In this document: positions 19,060 through 29,722 of the stretch, piece after piece
Layout of the letters: the number at the start of each line of letters is the position of its first letter
Position numbering within the stretch: the stretch's first letter is position 1
Translations under genes and position numbers: made by a program
Notes under the pieces: generated by a model
The model's input: the letters and a program-made list of their open reading frames with translations, nothing else
The model's database searches: none
What the model was told of the DNA's origin: nothing
Assembly: GCA_965226495.1 (NCBI GenBank)
Contig: OZ245365.1
Coordinates: 3,744,001 to 3,808,000, forward strand
Length of the DNA stretch: 64,000 nucleotides
Reading direction: 5' to 3'
Source: Candidatus Marinacidobacterales bacterium
Lineage (GTDB): Bacteria; Acidobacteriota; Vicinamibacteria; Marinacidobacterales; DATDRI01

Positions 19060-20688
19060 TTACTGATTACTATCGTCGTATCCGCCTGCCCCTGGCTGCG
19101 TGATCTCCATCCGCTCGTTGATCTTGGCTTCGCGGACCATGCGCCGTACGTCTGCCAACAGTGCCGGCGCGTCATAAATGATGCCGTCCTTGATGGTGTA
19201 CCGGACGCCCCCCACTCGAATCGGCTGGTTCTCGTCGTTCAGTTTGATGGCCCCGGTGCCGTAGAGCACTTTCAGATTCGAAAGCGGGCTCTCCTCCAAG
19301 ATGGCGAAGTCTGCCAGCTTGCCGACTTCTACGGAACCGATCTGATCCGACCGCCCCAAGGCCTCCGCGCCCTCGAGTGTCGCAGACCGGATGACTTCCA
19401 GAGGATGGAACCCCGCCTCTCGCAAGAGCTCCAGCTCTCGAATGTAGCCGAAGCCGTACAACTTATAAATGAATCCCGCATCGGATCCGGCGGCCACTCG
19501 CCCACCGCGGTTCTTGTACTCGTTCACGAACGTCATCCACAAGCGGTAGTTGTTCTTCCACTCCACCTCGTCTTCGGTGGTCCAGTAGAACCAGAAAGAA
19601 CCGTGGGCCTTTCGACTCGGCTGGTAAAAACGCCAAAGGGAGGGCAGCGTGTATTCCTCGTGCCACTCCGCTCTCCGCGCCCGCATCAAGTCCCGGCTGG
19701 CCTCGTAGATGGTGAACGTCGGAACCATCGTGAAGTCGAGCTCCAGGAGCTCTTCCATGACTTCGTTCCAATGTTCACTGTAAGGAGGTGCCGCTTGTTT
19801 CCAGAGTCGTCCGGCCTGTCCGAAGCGGTCCTGTTCGTTGCTGTAGTTGTAGTCGAGTGGAAAATCCTGGACCGTCCGGTCCGCGAACAAAGCCTCCGGC
19901 AATCCGTACCAGTGCTCCATCGTGGTGAGCCCTAGCCGAGCGGAGTCGAGCACGTTCATCCACGCCACGCCCATTTGGGCATGGTGGCAGGCGGTTCGAA
20001 TTCCCTGTTGCTTGGCTTCATCGATGGTGGCCGCCATGATATCGGGTCGGAGAGACGTGAGTTTCAAACCATCCGCTCCTTGCTTCGCCACTTCGGCGAC
20101 CCAGGCCCGAGCCTCATCGGGAGACGCAACAGGAGCGTCCCGACCTTGGCCGAAGCGGATGTAGGCCTGAATACGCGGTGCCGTAATCTCACTCTTCGCG
20201 CTCTTCTCCTTGTGGCGCAAATTCCAATCCAACCCGTTGCCGCTCCCTGGGTCGCGGATAGTCGTGATCCCGTGCCCCATCCAAAGCTTCAGGACGTACT
20301 CCGCCGACGTGCCTTGGCTGGCGCCGCCGATGTGCGCATGCATGTCCACCAGACCGGGCATCACGTACATTCCCTCGACGTCGAGCTCCTTGTCGCCCGC
20401 CTCCGCCTTTGGTCTCTTATCCTCGTCGATCGGAACGCCGGGAAAACCTACATTTTTTATCTGCACGATCCGATTCTGTTCGACGACGATGTCGACCGGT
20501 CCGATCGGAGGAGCGCCGGTACCATCGATGAGGGTGGCACCGCGCAGTATCAAGCGATCGAACGGTCCTTCCCCTTCCGCGCGCGGAGGCGCGTCAGGAA
20601 TAGGCTGCGGCTGACGTTGCGCAAAAGCGCCCTGGCTCAGTAGCAAGGCTACGAAGAGCCATGTTTTCGTAAGGATCCGCTTGATCAC
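19060..20688 (-). CDS. Secreted amidohydrolase family protein
   Basis: PGLVDMHAHIG, GITTIRDPG, EHWYG, AGSDAG and GSVEVGKLAD motifs. Confidence 0.9.
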   Translation of the reverse strand: MIKRILTKTWLFVALLLSQGAFAQRQPQPIPDAPPRAEGEGPFDRLILRGATLIDGTGAPPIGPVDIVVEQNRIVQIKNVGFPGVPIDEDKRPKAEAGDKELDVEGMYVMPGLVDMHAHIGGASQGTSAEYVLKLWMGHGITTIRDPGSGNGLDWNLRHKEKSAKSEITAPRIQAYIRFGQGRDAPVASPDEARAWVAEVAKQGADGLKLTSLRPDIMAATIDEAKQQGIRTACHHAQMGVAWMNVLDSARLGLTTMEHWYGLPEALFADRTVQDFPLDYNYSNEQDRFGQAGRLWKQAAPPYSEHWNEVMEELLELDFTMVPTFTIYEASRDLMRARRAEWHEEYTLPSLWRFYQPSRKAHGSFWFYWTTEDEVEWKNNYRLWMTFVNEYKNRGGRVAAGSDAGFIYKLYGFGYIRELELLREAGFHPLEVIRSATLEGAEALGRSDQIGSVEVGKLADFAILEESPLSNLKVLYGTGAIKLNDENQPIRVGGVRYTIKDGIIYDAPALLADVRRMVREAKINERMEITQPGAGGYDDSNQ

Positions 20689-20765
20689 GGCTTAGGCCTC
20701 CCCTCTCTCTCGAAACTCGACGGAATATAGTACAGAACGCGCCGGTTGGCGATTCGGCTCGCGGT

Positions 20766-20794
20766 TTGACCCGGCCCCTTTCCAGGGCTAGATT
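20766..20794 (+). promoter_or_regulatory. Sigma70-like promoter of the cyclase gene
   Basis: TTGACC, 17 bp, TAGATT. Confidence 0.5.
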
Positions 20795-20841
20795 AGGCCG
20801 TCTTTAACGAGTCCTGCCTTCAACGTTCGATGGAGTGACAC

Positions 20842-21750
20842 ATGCGACGTACTCGAAATTCGCTACTGCCGCTGGTCTGCAAACACCGCGGGGCGATGAA
20901 CATGGAGCCGTTCAAAGGGTTGTCCGCAATCAGCGCGGCATTGATCGCCATCGTCGTGGGATGCCAAATGCCCCAACGTGATCCCAACGAAGACATCGCA
21001 GCGATCTTCTCTGGCAACGGAGCCGAATGGATCGACATGAGCTATGCCTACGACGAGACAACCCTCTTTTGGCCCACCGCCCAACCCTATGAGCTCGAAG
21101 TGGTCGCCGCCGGGATGACCGAAGCAGGCTACTACTATGGAGCCAACAACTTTTGTACGGCGGAACATGGCGGTACGCACTTGGACGCCCCGATCCATTT
21201 CTCCGAGGGAAAGCATACGACCGAGCAGATCCCGTTGGCGCGGCTCATCGGACCCGCGGTCGTCGTGGATGTCAGCGAGGCCGCGGCGTCCGACCCAGAC
21301 TATTTGATCGGTGTGGACGACCTCGAGGCGTGGGAATCGACTCATGGCCACATCCCGGACGAATCGATCCTTCTATTGAAGACCGGCTGGGGAGAGCGCT
21401 GGCCCGACCGGGAAACGTACTTGGGGACAAGCCTGACCGGTGAGGAAGCGGTGCCAGAGCTCCATTTCCCCGGCATCGATCCCGATGCGGCTCGCTGGTT
21501 AGTGGAGAATCGGAACATCGACGCCATCGGAATCGACACCGCGAGCATCGACTACGGTCAATCGAGTCTCTTCGAGACCCACCGAATCTTGCTAGGGGAG
21601 AACCTCCCCGCCTTCGAGAACGTGGCGTCGCTCGACCGACTGCCGCCGACCGGTGCCTACATCATTGCCCTTCCGGTGAAAATAGGCCGCGGAACCGGTG
21701 GCCCGCTCCGCATGGTAGGTGTGATCCCTGCCCTATCAGGCCGTCCCTAG
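20842..21750 (+). CDS. Cyclase family (kynurenine formamidase-like) protein, probably a lipoprotein; start uncertain
   Basis: EHGGTHLDAPIHF, LLKTGW, FPG, GIDTASID and ENV motifs. Confidence 0.9.
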   Translation: MRRTRNSLLPLVCKHRGAMNMEPFKGLSAISAALIAIVVGCQMPQRDPNEDIAAIFSGNGAEWIDMSYAYDETTLFWPTAQPYELEVVAAGMTEAGYYYGANNFCTAEHGGTHLDAPIHFSEGKHTTEQIPLARLIGPAVVVDVSEAAASDPDYLIGVDDLEAWESTHGHIPDESILLLKTGWGERWPDRETYLGTSLTGEEAVPELHFPGIDPDAARWLVENRNIDAIGIDTASIDYGQSSLFETHRILLGENLPAFENVASLDRLPPTGAYIIALPVKIGRGTGGPLRMVGVIPALSGRP

Positions 21751-21756
21751 ACCTGC

Positions 21757-22638
21757 TTACTGTTGCATCAAGAACGCCCTACCATCCTCGTAACCCAAGT
21801 CACAGGCCCGCTCGAGCTTCTGTCGGTCACGTGTTGCCCGACCAACTCCCAGCGGTCGGGATGGACGCAAGACCACTATGCGAGATTCTGTGGGAGCCGC
21901 CGTCAGTACCGCCGCGGCTTCTCGATAGCGGCGGTGACGTTGGTTCAGCGCCTTGCGTACTCCCGCAGTGGTTGAGAGGAGGTGATTCCCAAGCGGCGCC
22001 CACCACTTCCGCACGCCTCGGTTCTCGATCGAGCTCGTCAGAACGACAACGACTTCCTTCGCGCCGAGGGCCAGCGCTTGTGATTCCCAAGCCCACCACT
22101 TACTGGATCGACAGGATCAGCGCGACCAGGATCAGCGACCCCCGTCCACATACCGCCGTCCTTGATAGACGACGGGGCGACGATAGAAGAGGGGCAAAGC
22201 ACAAGTCGCCCGGAGCGCAGTCAACAAATCATCCTCGTGGTTGTTCAAGTACCGAACCGCTCCCGTTTCGGCGTCCGTGACACCGATGTGCAGTGGGACC
22301 GGGCTCTTCTTCAACGCTTCGAGATCTAGTGGGCAGAGTTTGCCGTGGACCTCATCAGTCAAGTAGTCGATATCCATCACATCACCGCCGTTAAGAAGGC
22401 GATGCCAACGAATGAAGTTTTTGCCCGCTAGGTAGTCGAGATACACCGTGCGGTTGCGGCCCGGTTGACCGGCTAGAAAGGAGGCCGCGGTACAGGCTCC
22501 GGCGGAACACGCGACGACGAGATCGAAGCCGTGCGACCGTTGGTTCTCCGCGAAGGCCTCCAACACTCCAGCGGTGTAAGTGCCGCGCATCCCCCCGCCT
22601 TCCAATACCAACGCGCGTGACCCGCCATTCATGTTCAT
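21757..22638 (-). pseudogene. Patatin-like phospholipase, disrupted at about 22080-22143
   Basis: LVLEGGGMRG, ACSAGA and YVDGG motifs. The C-terminal part (QALALGAKEVVVVLT...DLGYEDG) lies in another frame. Confidence 0.8.
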
Positions 22639-22713
22639 GGGGAGACCATTCTATTGAAAAACTGCCGGGCTCGCTCGCCCATGAGCCTCGCCATCCCACA
22701 TAATAGGTTCGCT

Positions 22714-24210
22714 ATGGAGAACGAGTTTTCTTTTCGGACGCGCCGTCAAGCTTTGAAAGAGGCGGCGACCAAAGAGCTCGACCTGGTTGTCATTGGCGGC
22801 GGCATCACCGGCGCCGGCATCGCGTGGGATGCCGCCTTGCGTGGTATCCATACCGCGGCCTTCGAGCGCCGCGACTTTGCGCACGCCACGAGCAGCAAGA
22901 CATCGAAGATGATCCACGGTGGGCTCCGTTATCTCCGCAACTTGGAGTTTTCGTTGGTACGTGAGTCCCTACGGGAGCGCAAGATCTTGCTCGAAAACGC
23001 TCGGGAGTTCGTGAATTGGCTCCCCCTGATCATCCCGCTCTTTTCTCCATGGGACGTGCTGAAGTTCCGCACCGGTCTGGTTCTCTATGACGCCCTGGCC
23101 AAGGAGCGGGGCAGAACGCATTGCAGGCTGAAGAAAGAGCAAGTCGTAGCAGCAGTCCCCTTCTTGGAAACGCTCGAGTTGCGGGGCGGACTGCAATATT
23201 GGGACGCGGTGATGGATGACAGCCGGCTGAACCTGGCGGTCATGGCTTCCGCCGCCAGCCACGGAGCTCTGATTTCCAATCACGCCGAGGTCGAGGAATT
23301 CGTCTTCGCGGGCAGTCGGGTGTCTGGAGTCCGGGTCCGTGACCGAATCAGCGGCGAGAGCTTCACGGTTCGGGCACGTCAGGTCGTCAATGCTACCGGC
23401 CCCTGGGGCCCAACGCTCGACCAGAAGACCGGATCGTCTGCTTCTCTTCGGCTACGACCCAACCGAGGCGCTCACCTGATCGTTTCGTCACATCGACTCC
23501 CGGCAGAGTCTGCGCTCGCGATCCCACTCCCCGGCGGACGACTTCTTTTCGTGGTCCCCTGGCAAGGGAGAGTGCTCTTGGGAACGACAGAGTCCGTGTT
23601 CGCTGGAGATCTGGATTGCGTCGCCGCGGAGGGCGAGGAGGTGAACTTCCTCCTAGAACTTGCCGGGCGTTTTTTTCCGAAAGTCCATCTATCCCGGCGC
23701 GATATCCTCGCCAGTTTCGCCGGGGTCCGGCCCTTGGTGGACGCTGGCAATCGTTCTCTTTCGCGTACCAGCCGGGAGGACAAGATCGGGCTTTCCTCTT
23801 CGGGACTGATCTCAGTGGCGGGGGGGAAGTACACAACGTTTCGACGAATGGCAGAAAAGGTCGTCGACCGCGTCGTCGATCGTCTCCAAGGAGAAAAACG
23901 ACGTTTGGGTCCATGCCGTACGAGGGAGATAACACTCGACGGCATACTCCCGCCCTCTCCTGATAGAATCCCGTCCGCGGAAACCATCCGGGGTAGCATC
24001 CATCGGGAGATGACCATGACCCTGGGCGATCTTCTGATTCGCCGCACCAAGGCGGTTTTGCTCGAAGAAGATCAGGGCTTGGGCTCGGCCGAGACGGCCT
24101 CCCGAATCATGGCCGAGGAGCTGGGTTGGAGCGACGACGAACGTCAAGCGCAGGTGTCGGTTTTTCGCGACGAGGTATCGCAGTGTTTCAAACGAGGAGA
24201 GCTCCTATGA
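22714..24210 (+). CDS. glpD: FAD-dependent glycerol-3-phosphate dehydrogenase/oxidase
   Basis: VIGGGITGAG, TSSKTSKMIHGGLRYL, DDSRL, VNATGPW, GVRPL and GGKYTTFR motifs. Confidence 0.88.
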   Translation: MENEFSFRTRRQALKEAATKELDLVVIGGGITGAGIAWDAALRGIHTAAFERRDFAHATSSKTSKMIHGGLRYLRNLEFSLVRESLRERKILLENAREFVNWLPLIIPLFSPWDVLKFRTGLVLYDALAKERGRTHCRLKKEQVVAAVPFLETLELRGGLQYWDAVMDDSRLNLAVMASAASHGALISNHAEVEEFVFAGSRVSGVRVRDRISGESFTVRARQVVNATGPWGPTLDQKTGSSASLRLRPNRGAHLIVSSHRLPAESALAIPLPGGRLLFVVPWQGRVLLGTTESVFAGDLDCVAAEGEEVNFLLELAGRFFPKVHLSRRDILASFAGVRPLVDAGNRSLSRTSREDKIGLSSSGLISVAGGKYTTFRRMAEKVVDRVVDRLQGEKRRLGPCRTREITLDGILPPSPDRIPSAETIRGSIHREMTMTLGDLLIRRTKAVLLEEDQGLGSAETASRIMAEELGWSDDERQAQVSVFRDEVSQCFKRGELL

Positions 24211-26261
24211 CTCGATGGAAGACAGTAGCAGTCTTGGTCTGCGGGCTCCTGGTTGCGCAGCAAGGCATTGCGCAGAAAAGATCATGGCGCGCCGCCGACG
24301 AGTTCAAAACCAAGAGCTTCAGTGATCTGGCCGTCTCGCCGGAGGGCGATGCTCTACTCTTCGTCTTGCACGAAAGCGACCTCGCGAAGAACCGTCGATA
24401 TTCGAACATTTGGCTGCTACCGACTAGCGGAGGGCCGCAGGCAGCTCGACAAGTTCAGCAGGCTCCGCGGGCCTTGACCGATCGCGGCTCCTTTTCGAGC
24501 CCGCGGTGGTCGCCCGACGGGAGGCGGATCGCTTATTTCGCTTCCGATGCGAAGGGGCTGAGCCTGTGGGTCATGAACAGAGACGGCGGCCAAAAGAAAC
24601 ATCTCACCGGCCTGGAGCGTTCCAACGCGTACCTAGGATGGGGTGACAACGTGGGCAACCATCTTTCCTGGTCGCCTGATGGCAAGACCCTGGCTTTTAC
24701 TGCGGCCGGTCCGAGTTACTACCGCAAGCCGATCGCACCGCCAGCTCTTCCCAATGAGAACGAGCCGATGGTGGTAGAGCGGGCTCTCTTCAAGGCTACC
24801 TATTACTTCTCGGATCTTAGACGCACTCATATCTGGACGATTCCCGTCGGCGGGGGCGAACCGAAACAGATATCCAGTGGAGACTACGACTACCACTCCA
24901 TCTCCTGGTCCCCGGATGGTGAGAGCATCGCGTGTATCTCGAATCGAACCGGAAGAGACGACTTCGATTCCAACACCGATATTTGTTTGCTCTCCCCGGA
25001 GGGGGGACCGGTTCGGCAACTCACGAATACGCCGGGCCCCGAATATCAACCCTTCTGGTCCCCGGATGGTGAGCGCATCGCGTTCCTAGGGAGGGAAAGA
25101 CCGGGCCGGAGCCGTGCGGCCGATCCCGAGCTCAAGAAAGTTTACGTGATCAATCCCGACGGGTCCGAGCGAGTAAATCTAACCGCCCCGCTGGATCGGT
25201 GGAGCACATCGCCCCGTTGGTCGGTGGACAGCCGCAACGTGTACTTCACCGCCCAAAACTCCGGTGCCGGCTCGCTCTACTCTGCTCCTCGGGACGGCGG
25301 GCCGGTCGAGCCGATCGTCGACTCCGAGGGCACGGTCGGGAGCTTTGCCGTGAACGACAAGCACGAGGTTTTTTTCGCCTACGCCGACGACACGCGCCCC
25401 TCAGAACTCTATGGGCTTCCCGAAGGCATTCGAAACCGCAACAAGCTGACGGCATTCAACGACCCCGTGCTCTCCCAGGTCGCCACGATTCCGACCGAGA
25501 AGTTCGCATACCCCAGCGTCGACGATCTCACGATAGAAGGCTGGATCATGAAGCCCGGAGGGTTCGAGAAGCGCAAAAGACATCCCATGATTCTAGCTGT
25601 CCATGGCGGCCCTCACGGGCAATACGGATTCAATTTCTATGGGCAGTTTCAATACCTCGCGAGCGCCGGCTACGTGGTCGTGTTCTTGAATCCCCGAGGC
25701 AGCACCGGCCGGGGACAGGCATTTTCCGACATGTGCGTAGGCGATTTGGGCGGCGGCGACTACAAAGACCTGATGGCGGGTGTGGACTACGTTCTCGAGA
25801 AATACGATTTCATCGATCGGAATCGCTTGGGTGTGACCGGCACGAGCTACGGTGGCTATATGACCAATTGGATCATTACCCACACCGACCGTTTCAAGGC
25901 AGCGGTGCCAGTCTCCAGCATCAGCAACTTGATCAGCATGTGGGGCACGGCGGCCAACTACTTGTGGTTCCCGAGTGACATGGGCTTTCGGCCGATGGAC
26001 GACTACCAGCGGGCCTGGGACGCATCCCCTCTCAAATACGTCAAGAACTGCAAGACACCCACGTTGTTCATCAGCGGCGCATGGGATTTCATCACCCCCG
26101 TCTACCAGGCGGAGGAAATGTTCATCGCCCTGAAATCTTTAGGCATTGATGCGACTCACGCATCCTATCCGAACGAGGGCCACGGAGTCCGAAACCAACC
26201 TCGCCACACTCATGATTATTACGAGAGAGTGGTAGCTTGGTTCGATAAGTATGTGAAGTAA
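24207..26261 (+). CDS. S9 family peptidase with WD40/TolB-like propeller
   Basis: WSPDG repeats, VHGGP, GTSYGG nucleophile and YPNEGH. Confidence 0.93.
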   Translation: MTRWKTVAVLVCGLLVAQQGIAQKRSWRAADEFKTKSFSDLAVSPEGDALLFVLHESDLAKNRRYSNIWLLPTSGGPQAARQVQQAPRALTDRGSFSSPRWSPDGRRIAYFASDAKGLSLWVMNRDGGQKKHLTGLERSNAYLGWGDNVGNHLSWSPDGKTLAFTAAGPSYYRKPIAPPALPNENEPMVVERALFKATYYFSDLRRTHIWTIPVGGGEPKQISSGDYDYHSISWSPDGESIACISNRTGRDDFDSNTDICLLSPEGGPVRQLTNTPGPEYQPFWSPDGERIAFLGRERPGRSRAADPELKKVYVINPDGSERVNLTAPLDRWSTSPRWSVDSRNVYFTAQNSGAGSLYSAPRDGGPVEPIVDSEGTVGSFAVNDKHEVFFAYADDTRPSELYGLPEGIRNRNKLTAFNDPVLSQVATIPTEKFAYPSVDDLTIEGWIMKPGGFEKRKRHPMILAVHGGPHGQYGFNFYGQFQYLASAGYVVVFLNPRGSTGRGQAFSDMCVGDLGGGDYKDLMAGVDYVLEKYDFIDRNRLGVTGTSYGGYMTNWIITHTDRFKAAVPVSSISNLISMWGTAANYLWFPSDMGFRPMDDYQRAWDASPLKYVKNCKTPTLFISGAWDFITPVYQAEEMFIALKSLGIDATHASYPNEGHGVRNQPRHTHDYYERVVAWFDKYVK

Positions 26262-26262
26262 T

Positions 26263-27273
26263 TCAACACTGATACCGTTTCTTGATGTTGGGAATCAAGT
26301 ACTCGCTGAAGGAGCGGTCGAGGTCGAACGTCGGCTCCCAACCCCATTCCCTTTGCGCCGCGGTGTCGTCGAGATCCGCGGGCCAAGTATCGATGATCGC
26401 CTGGCGCTTCTCGTCCACTTGAAAGCTGATCTGCGCACCCGGAAACGCCCGAAGAACGAGAGCACGTATCTCCTCGGCGGAAAGGCTGAAGCTGGTGACG
26501 TTGTAGACCAAACGACTAAGGGAATCGCGGGGTGCCTGCGCCAAATGAAGCAGAGCTTGCACCGCGTCGGGCATGATCAAAAAAGGGATTCGAGCTTCGG
26601 GACGTACGAAACATTCGTAGTGCTCTTTTTTTGCCGCGGCATGGATCATCTCCGGCGCGTAATCACTGGTCCCCCCGCTCGGCAGCGTAAATGCGCTGAT
26701 GAGACCAGGGAAACGGACGCCCCGGAAGTCCACCATCACCGGTTGCTCAGCCGCTAGTTGTTTGTAGTTCTGGCTGAAATAACTGCCCAGCATTTCGCAG
26801 TAAAGCTTGTTGCATCCGTACATCGTCGTCGGAGAGTTCCACTCCCACTCGCGCACTCGGGCGTAGCGAGCCTTCGTCTCCCGATCGGGCAAGCCATAAG
26901 CGGCGATCGAGCTCGGGAAGATGAACTGGACCGGCCGACCCCGCCACTGGGACTGCTCCGAGGCTAGTTTCAAAAGCTCCAGCATTCCCTCCACGTTCAC
27001 GCGGTGCGCCGTCTCGGGACTGAACTCGGCTCGGGTCGAGAGCAAAGCGGCGAGATGGTAGATGGTGTCGATCTCGTACTCCGCCACCAGACGGTCCAAC
27101 AACGCCTTATCTAGGATGTCTCCTTGGATATGTATGCCATCGCCCAGGTCACCGGGGAGTGGTGATAGATCCAAAGTGACCAGCAAGTGGCTCTTGGACT
27201 TCGAGAGCTCCTTGATGAGCGCCTGGCCTACTTCGCCGGCGGCGCCAGTGATGAAAACGATCTTCTTTCGCAT
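26263..27273 (-). CDS. NAD-dependent epimerase/dehydratase (SDR-type L-threonine 3-dehydrogenase-like)
   Basis: ITGAAGEVG, HLAALLS, PSSIAAYG, MYGCNK and GGTSDYA motifs. Confidence 0.85.
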   Translation of the reverse strand: MRKKIVFITGAAGEVGQALIKELSKSKSHLLVTLDLSPLPGDLGDGIHIQGDILDKALLDRLVAEYEIDTIYHLAALLSTRAEFSPETAHRVNVEGMLELLKLASEQSQWRGRPVQFIFPSSIAAYGLPDRETKARYARVREWEWNSPTTMYGCNKLYCEMLGSYFSQNYKQLAAEQPVMVDFRGVRFPGLISAFTLPSGGTSDYAPEMIHAAAKKEHYECFVRPEARIPFLIMPDAVQALLHLAQAPRDSLSRLVYNVTSFSLSAEEIRALVLRAFPGAQISFQVDEKRQAIIDTWPADLDDTAAQREWGWEPTFDLDRSFSEYLIPNIKKRYQC

Positions 27274-27438
27274 GTCCTTGATTCCCGCCTTCGCCAGGGC
27301 TTCGGCGAGGCAAGCCTGCTCAACGAGCGACCGATCGTAGTCCCTCAACCGTAGCCAAGCAACCCTTCAACCATTCGTATTGAGGCACCATCGAAGCGCA
27401 TGCTAGGATGAGCCACTTCCCGGGGCACTACAAAAGAG

Positions 27439-28035
27439 ATGAGCGGAACTCCCACCAGTCGATCTTCAACCTCCAAGCTGCGTTTCTACCCGCTCACCCT
27501 TACAAGATGGTCGGATCTGGAAAACCTCTTTGGAAAACGCGGAGCTTGCGGCGGTTGTTGGTGCATGTACTGGATCCGAAAACGTTCGGTGTTCGAGAAA
27601 CAGAAAGGCTCGGGGAACAAGAGGGCCCTAAAGAAAATGGTCGCGGACGGTGATGGGCTCGGCCTCATCGCGTATTCCGAGCGAGACCCTGTCGGTTGGT
27701 GTGCTCTCGGCCCGCGAGAACGCTATTCGGTTCTCGACCGGTCCCGTATTCTGAGGCCCGTCGACGAAAAGCCCGTTTGGTCGGTGGTCTGTTTTTTCGT
27801 AGCGAAACCGTTCCGACGATCGGGTGTCACCGTGGCCTTACTCGGTGCGGCCGTCAAATACGCCAAGCGGCACCGGGCTCGCATCCTGGAAGGTTATCCG
27901 GTAGAGCCCAAGAAAGATCCGATGCCTGCGGCCTTTGCATGGACCGGGCTCGCGGCAGCCTTTCGAAAAGCCGGCTTCACCGAGATCCTCAGGCGTTCGG
28001 AGACCCGCCCCATCATGAGGTACGAGATTCGTTGA
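27439..28035 (+). CDS. GNAT family N-acetyltransferase
   Basis: GACGGCWCMYW, VGWC, WSVVCFFV, RRSGV and LEGYP motifs. Confidence 0.88.
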   Translation: MSGTPTSRSSTSKLRFYPLTLTRWSDLENLFGKRGACGGCWCMYWIRKRSVFEKQKGSGNKRALKKMVADGDGLGLIAYSERDPVGWCALGPRERYSVLDRSRILRPVDEKPVWSVVCFFVAKPFRRSGVTVALLGAAVKYAKRHRARILEGYPVEPKKDPMPAAFAWTGLAAAFRKAGFTEILRRSETRPIMRYEIR

Positions 28036-28046
28036 ATGGAGTAAAA

Positions 28047-29597
28047 ATGAAACGACGCTACTCTTTGCGCCTCCTCTTCCCTTTTTTCGTAGCCTTGGCC
28101 GTCGCATCCGGCTCAGGTTCCTCCGACGAACCCGCGCTGGACACTCTCGACTCCTACGTCGAGGAGTCGATGAGAACGTGGGACGTCCCCGGGCTCAGCC
28201 TCGCGATCGTAAAGGATGGCGAGGTCGTCGTTGCCACCGGATACGGCCTCCGCGAGCTGGGAAAACCGGACAAGGTCGATGGTAGGACGATCTTCAGCAT
28301 CGGTTCTTGCAGCAAGGCATTCGGAGCCACCGCCGTCGCTCTCCTCGTCGAGGACGGCAAGCTCAGGTGGGACACGCGGGTCGTGGATCATCTCCCCTGG
28401 TTTCGACTCTACGATCCCTGGATGACTTACGAGCTCAGAGTACAAGACATCCTCACCCATCGAGCCGGCACCGGGAGCATGAACCAACTTCGCCCCATCG
28501 CGAAAGACCGCAAAGACTTCCTGCAGCGTCTGCAATACGGACGTCCTTCCCACGGCTTCCGGGATCGCTACGGATACACGAACGACATGTTTATCCTCTC
28601 GGGACAGCTGGTGGAGGAAGTCAGCGGGACAACTTGGGACGAGTTTGCGCGCACTCGTATATGGGTTCCCTTAGGAATGAGTGATACGACGACACGCATG
28701 GGCCTGGCGACGGGAGTAGAGAATCGTTCGGCGCCGCACGAATTCGTGGAGCATTTCACGGGTTCCAACAAGACGCCGGGACCAGCCCTCAAACCGATCA
28801 CTTGGGAGTTTCCCGACAACGTTGCGGTCCCGTCGGGTGGTGTCGTTTCTTCAGCCCGCGATATGGCTGCGTGGATGAAATTCTACTTGGAATCGGACTC
28901 GGAAGGCCTACTTTCCAACGACTCCAAGAAGCTCCTCGTTGCGCCGCACACCGTGATACCCAGTCCCCTTTGGTGGATGATCGCGGATCGACGTCCGGCA
29001 TACGCGATGGGATGGGCAACGGGCGACTTTTTGGGTAAAACGGTCATCTTCCATGGAGGCGAAGTACCCGGATACAACGCGTCGGTAGCCTTGGTCCCGG
29101 AGGAGAATTTGGGAGTCTACGTCGCGACCAACCGCACCTCGCTTCTGCCCTTTCTCTTGACCAAGCACATTGTTGCGAGCTTCGGGGATCCAGATGATGG
29201 ACACGATTGGCAGCCCGAATATATGGAGCAGATCCAACAATGGAACAGCGACGCGCGGGCGATCGAGGAGACGCGTTCGGCGGGTCGACTAAAGGGCGTG
29301 GGCCCTTCGCTACCACTCGATGCGTACGTGGGCCGATTCGAGAACGGGTTCGCCGGAACGCTCAGAATCAGAAAGACCGAGGACGGCTTGCAAGCAGAAC
29401 TAGCGGCGCGAGAGGGGCCGATCGTTTTCGAGCTCGAGCATTGGCACATCGATCAATTCACCGCGACTTGGTTGGATGTAGAGTTCTTCTTCTCTTTCCT
29501 GATCAACGAGCTGGGTGCGGTGACCGATGTCAAGCTCAGCCACTACGGAACATTTCAGAAAGTACCGGAAGCGTCCCCTGCAGAAACTAGAAAATGA
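28047..29597 (+). CDS. Beta-lactamase-family serine hydrolase with DUF3471-like C-terminus
   Basis: SxxK (SCSK), LTHRAG, YxN (YTN) and HGG motifs; signal peptide. Confidence 0.9.
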   Translation: MKRRYSLRLLFPFFVALAVASGSGSSDEPALDTLDSYVEESMRTWDVPGLSLAIVKDGEVVVATGYGLRELGKPDKVDGRTIFSIGSCSKAFGATAVALLVEDGKLRWDTRVVDHLPWFRLYDPWMTYELRVQDILTHRAGTGSMNQLRPIAKDRKDFLQRLQYGRPSHGFRDRYGYTNDMFILSGQLVEEVSGTTWDEFARTRIWVPLGMSDTTTRMGLATGVENRSAPHEFVEHFTGSNKTPGPALKPITWEFPDNVAVPSGGVVSSARDMAAWMKFYLESDSEGLLSNDSKKLLVAPHTVIPSPLWWMIADRRPAYAMGWATGDFLGKTVIFHGGEVPGYNASVALVPEENLGVYVATNRTSLLPFLLTKHIVASFGDPDDGHDWQPEYMEQIQQWNSDARAIEETRSAGRLKGVGPSLPLDAYVGRFENGFAGTLRIRKTEDGLQAELAAREGPIVFELEHWHIDQFTATWLDVEFFFSFLINELGAVTDVKLSHYGTFQKVPEASPAETRK

Positions 29598-29722
29598 AAG
29601 GGGTTGCTCAGGCGAAAAAATCGAGGCAGGGTCGCGAGAAGTCGCCTGCCGACGTAGCGCGAGGTCTGAGGGTGAGGCCCCGGATCACTGATGGGGGTTA
29701 GTCAACACCGGATGTTGGTGAG

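Noticed and set aside
29600-29720. Possible ncRNA or riboswitch between the serine hydrolase and the acidic protein genes
   Set aside because: Only generic hairpins and a T-tract on the minus strand, adequately explained as a terminator; no recognisable RNA family motif.
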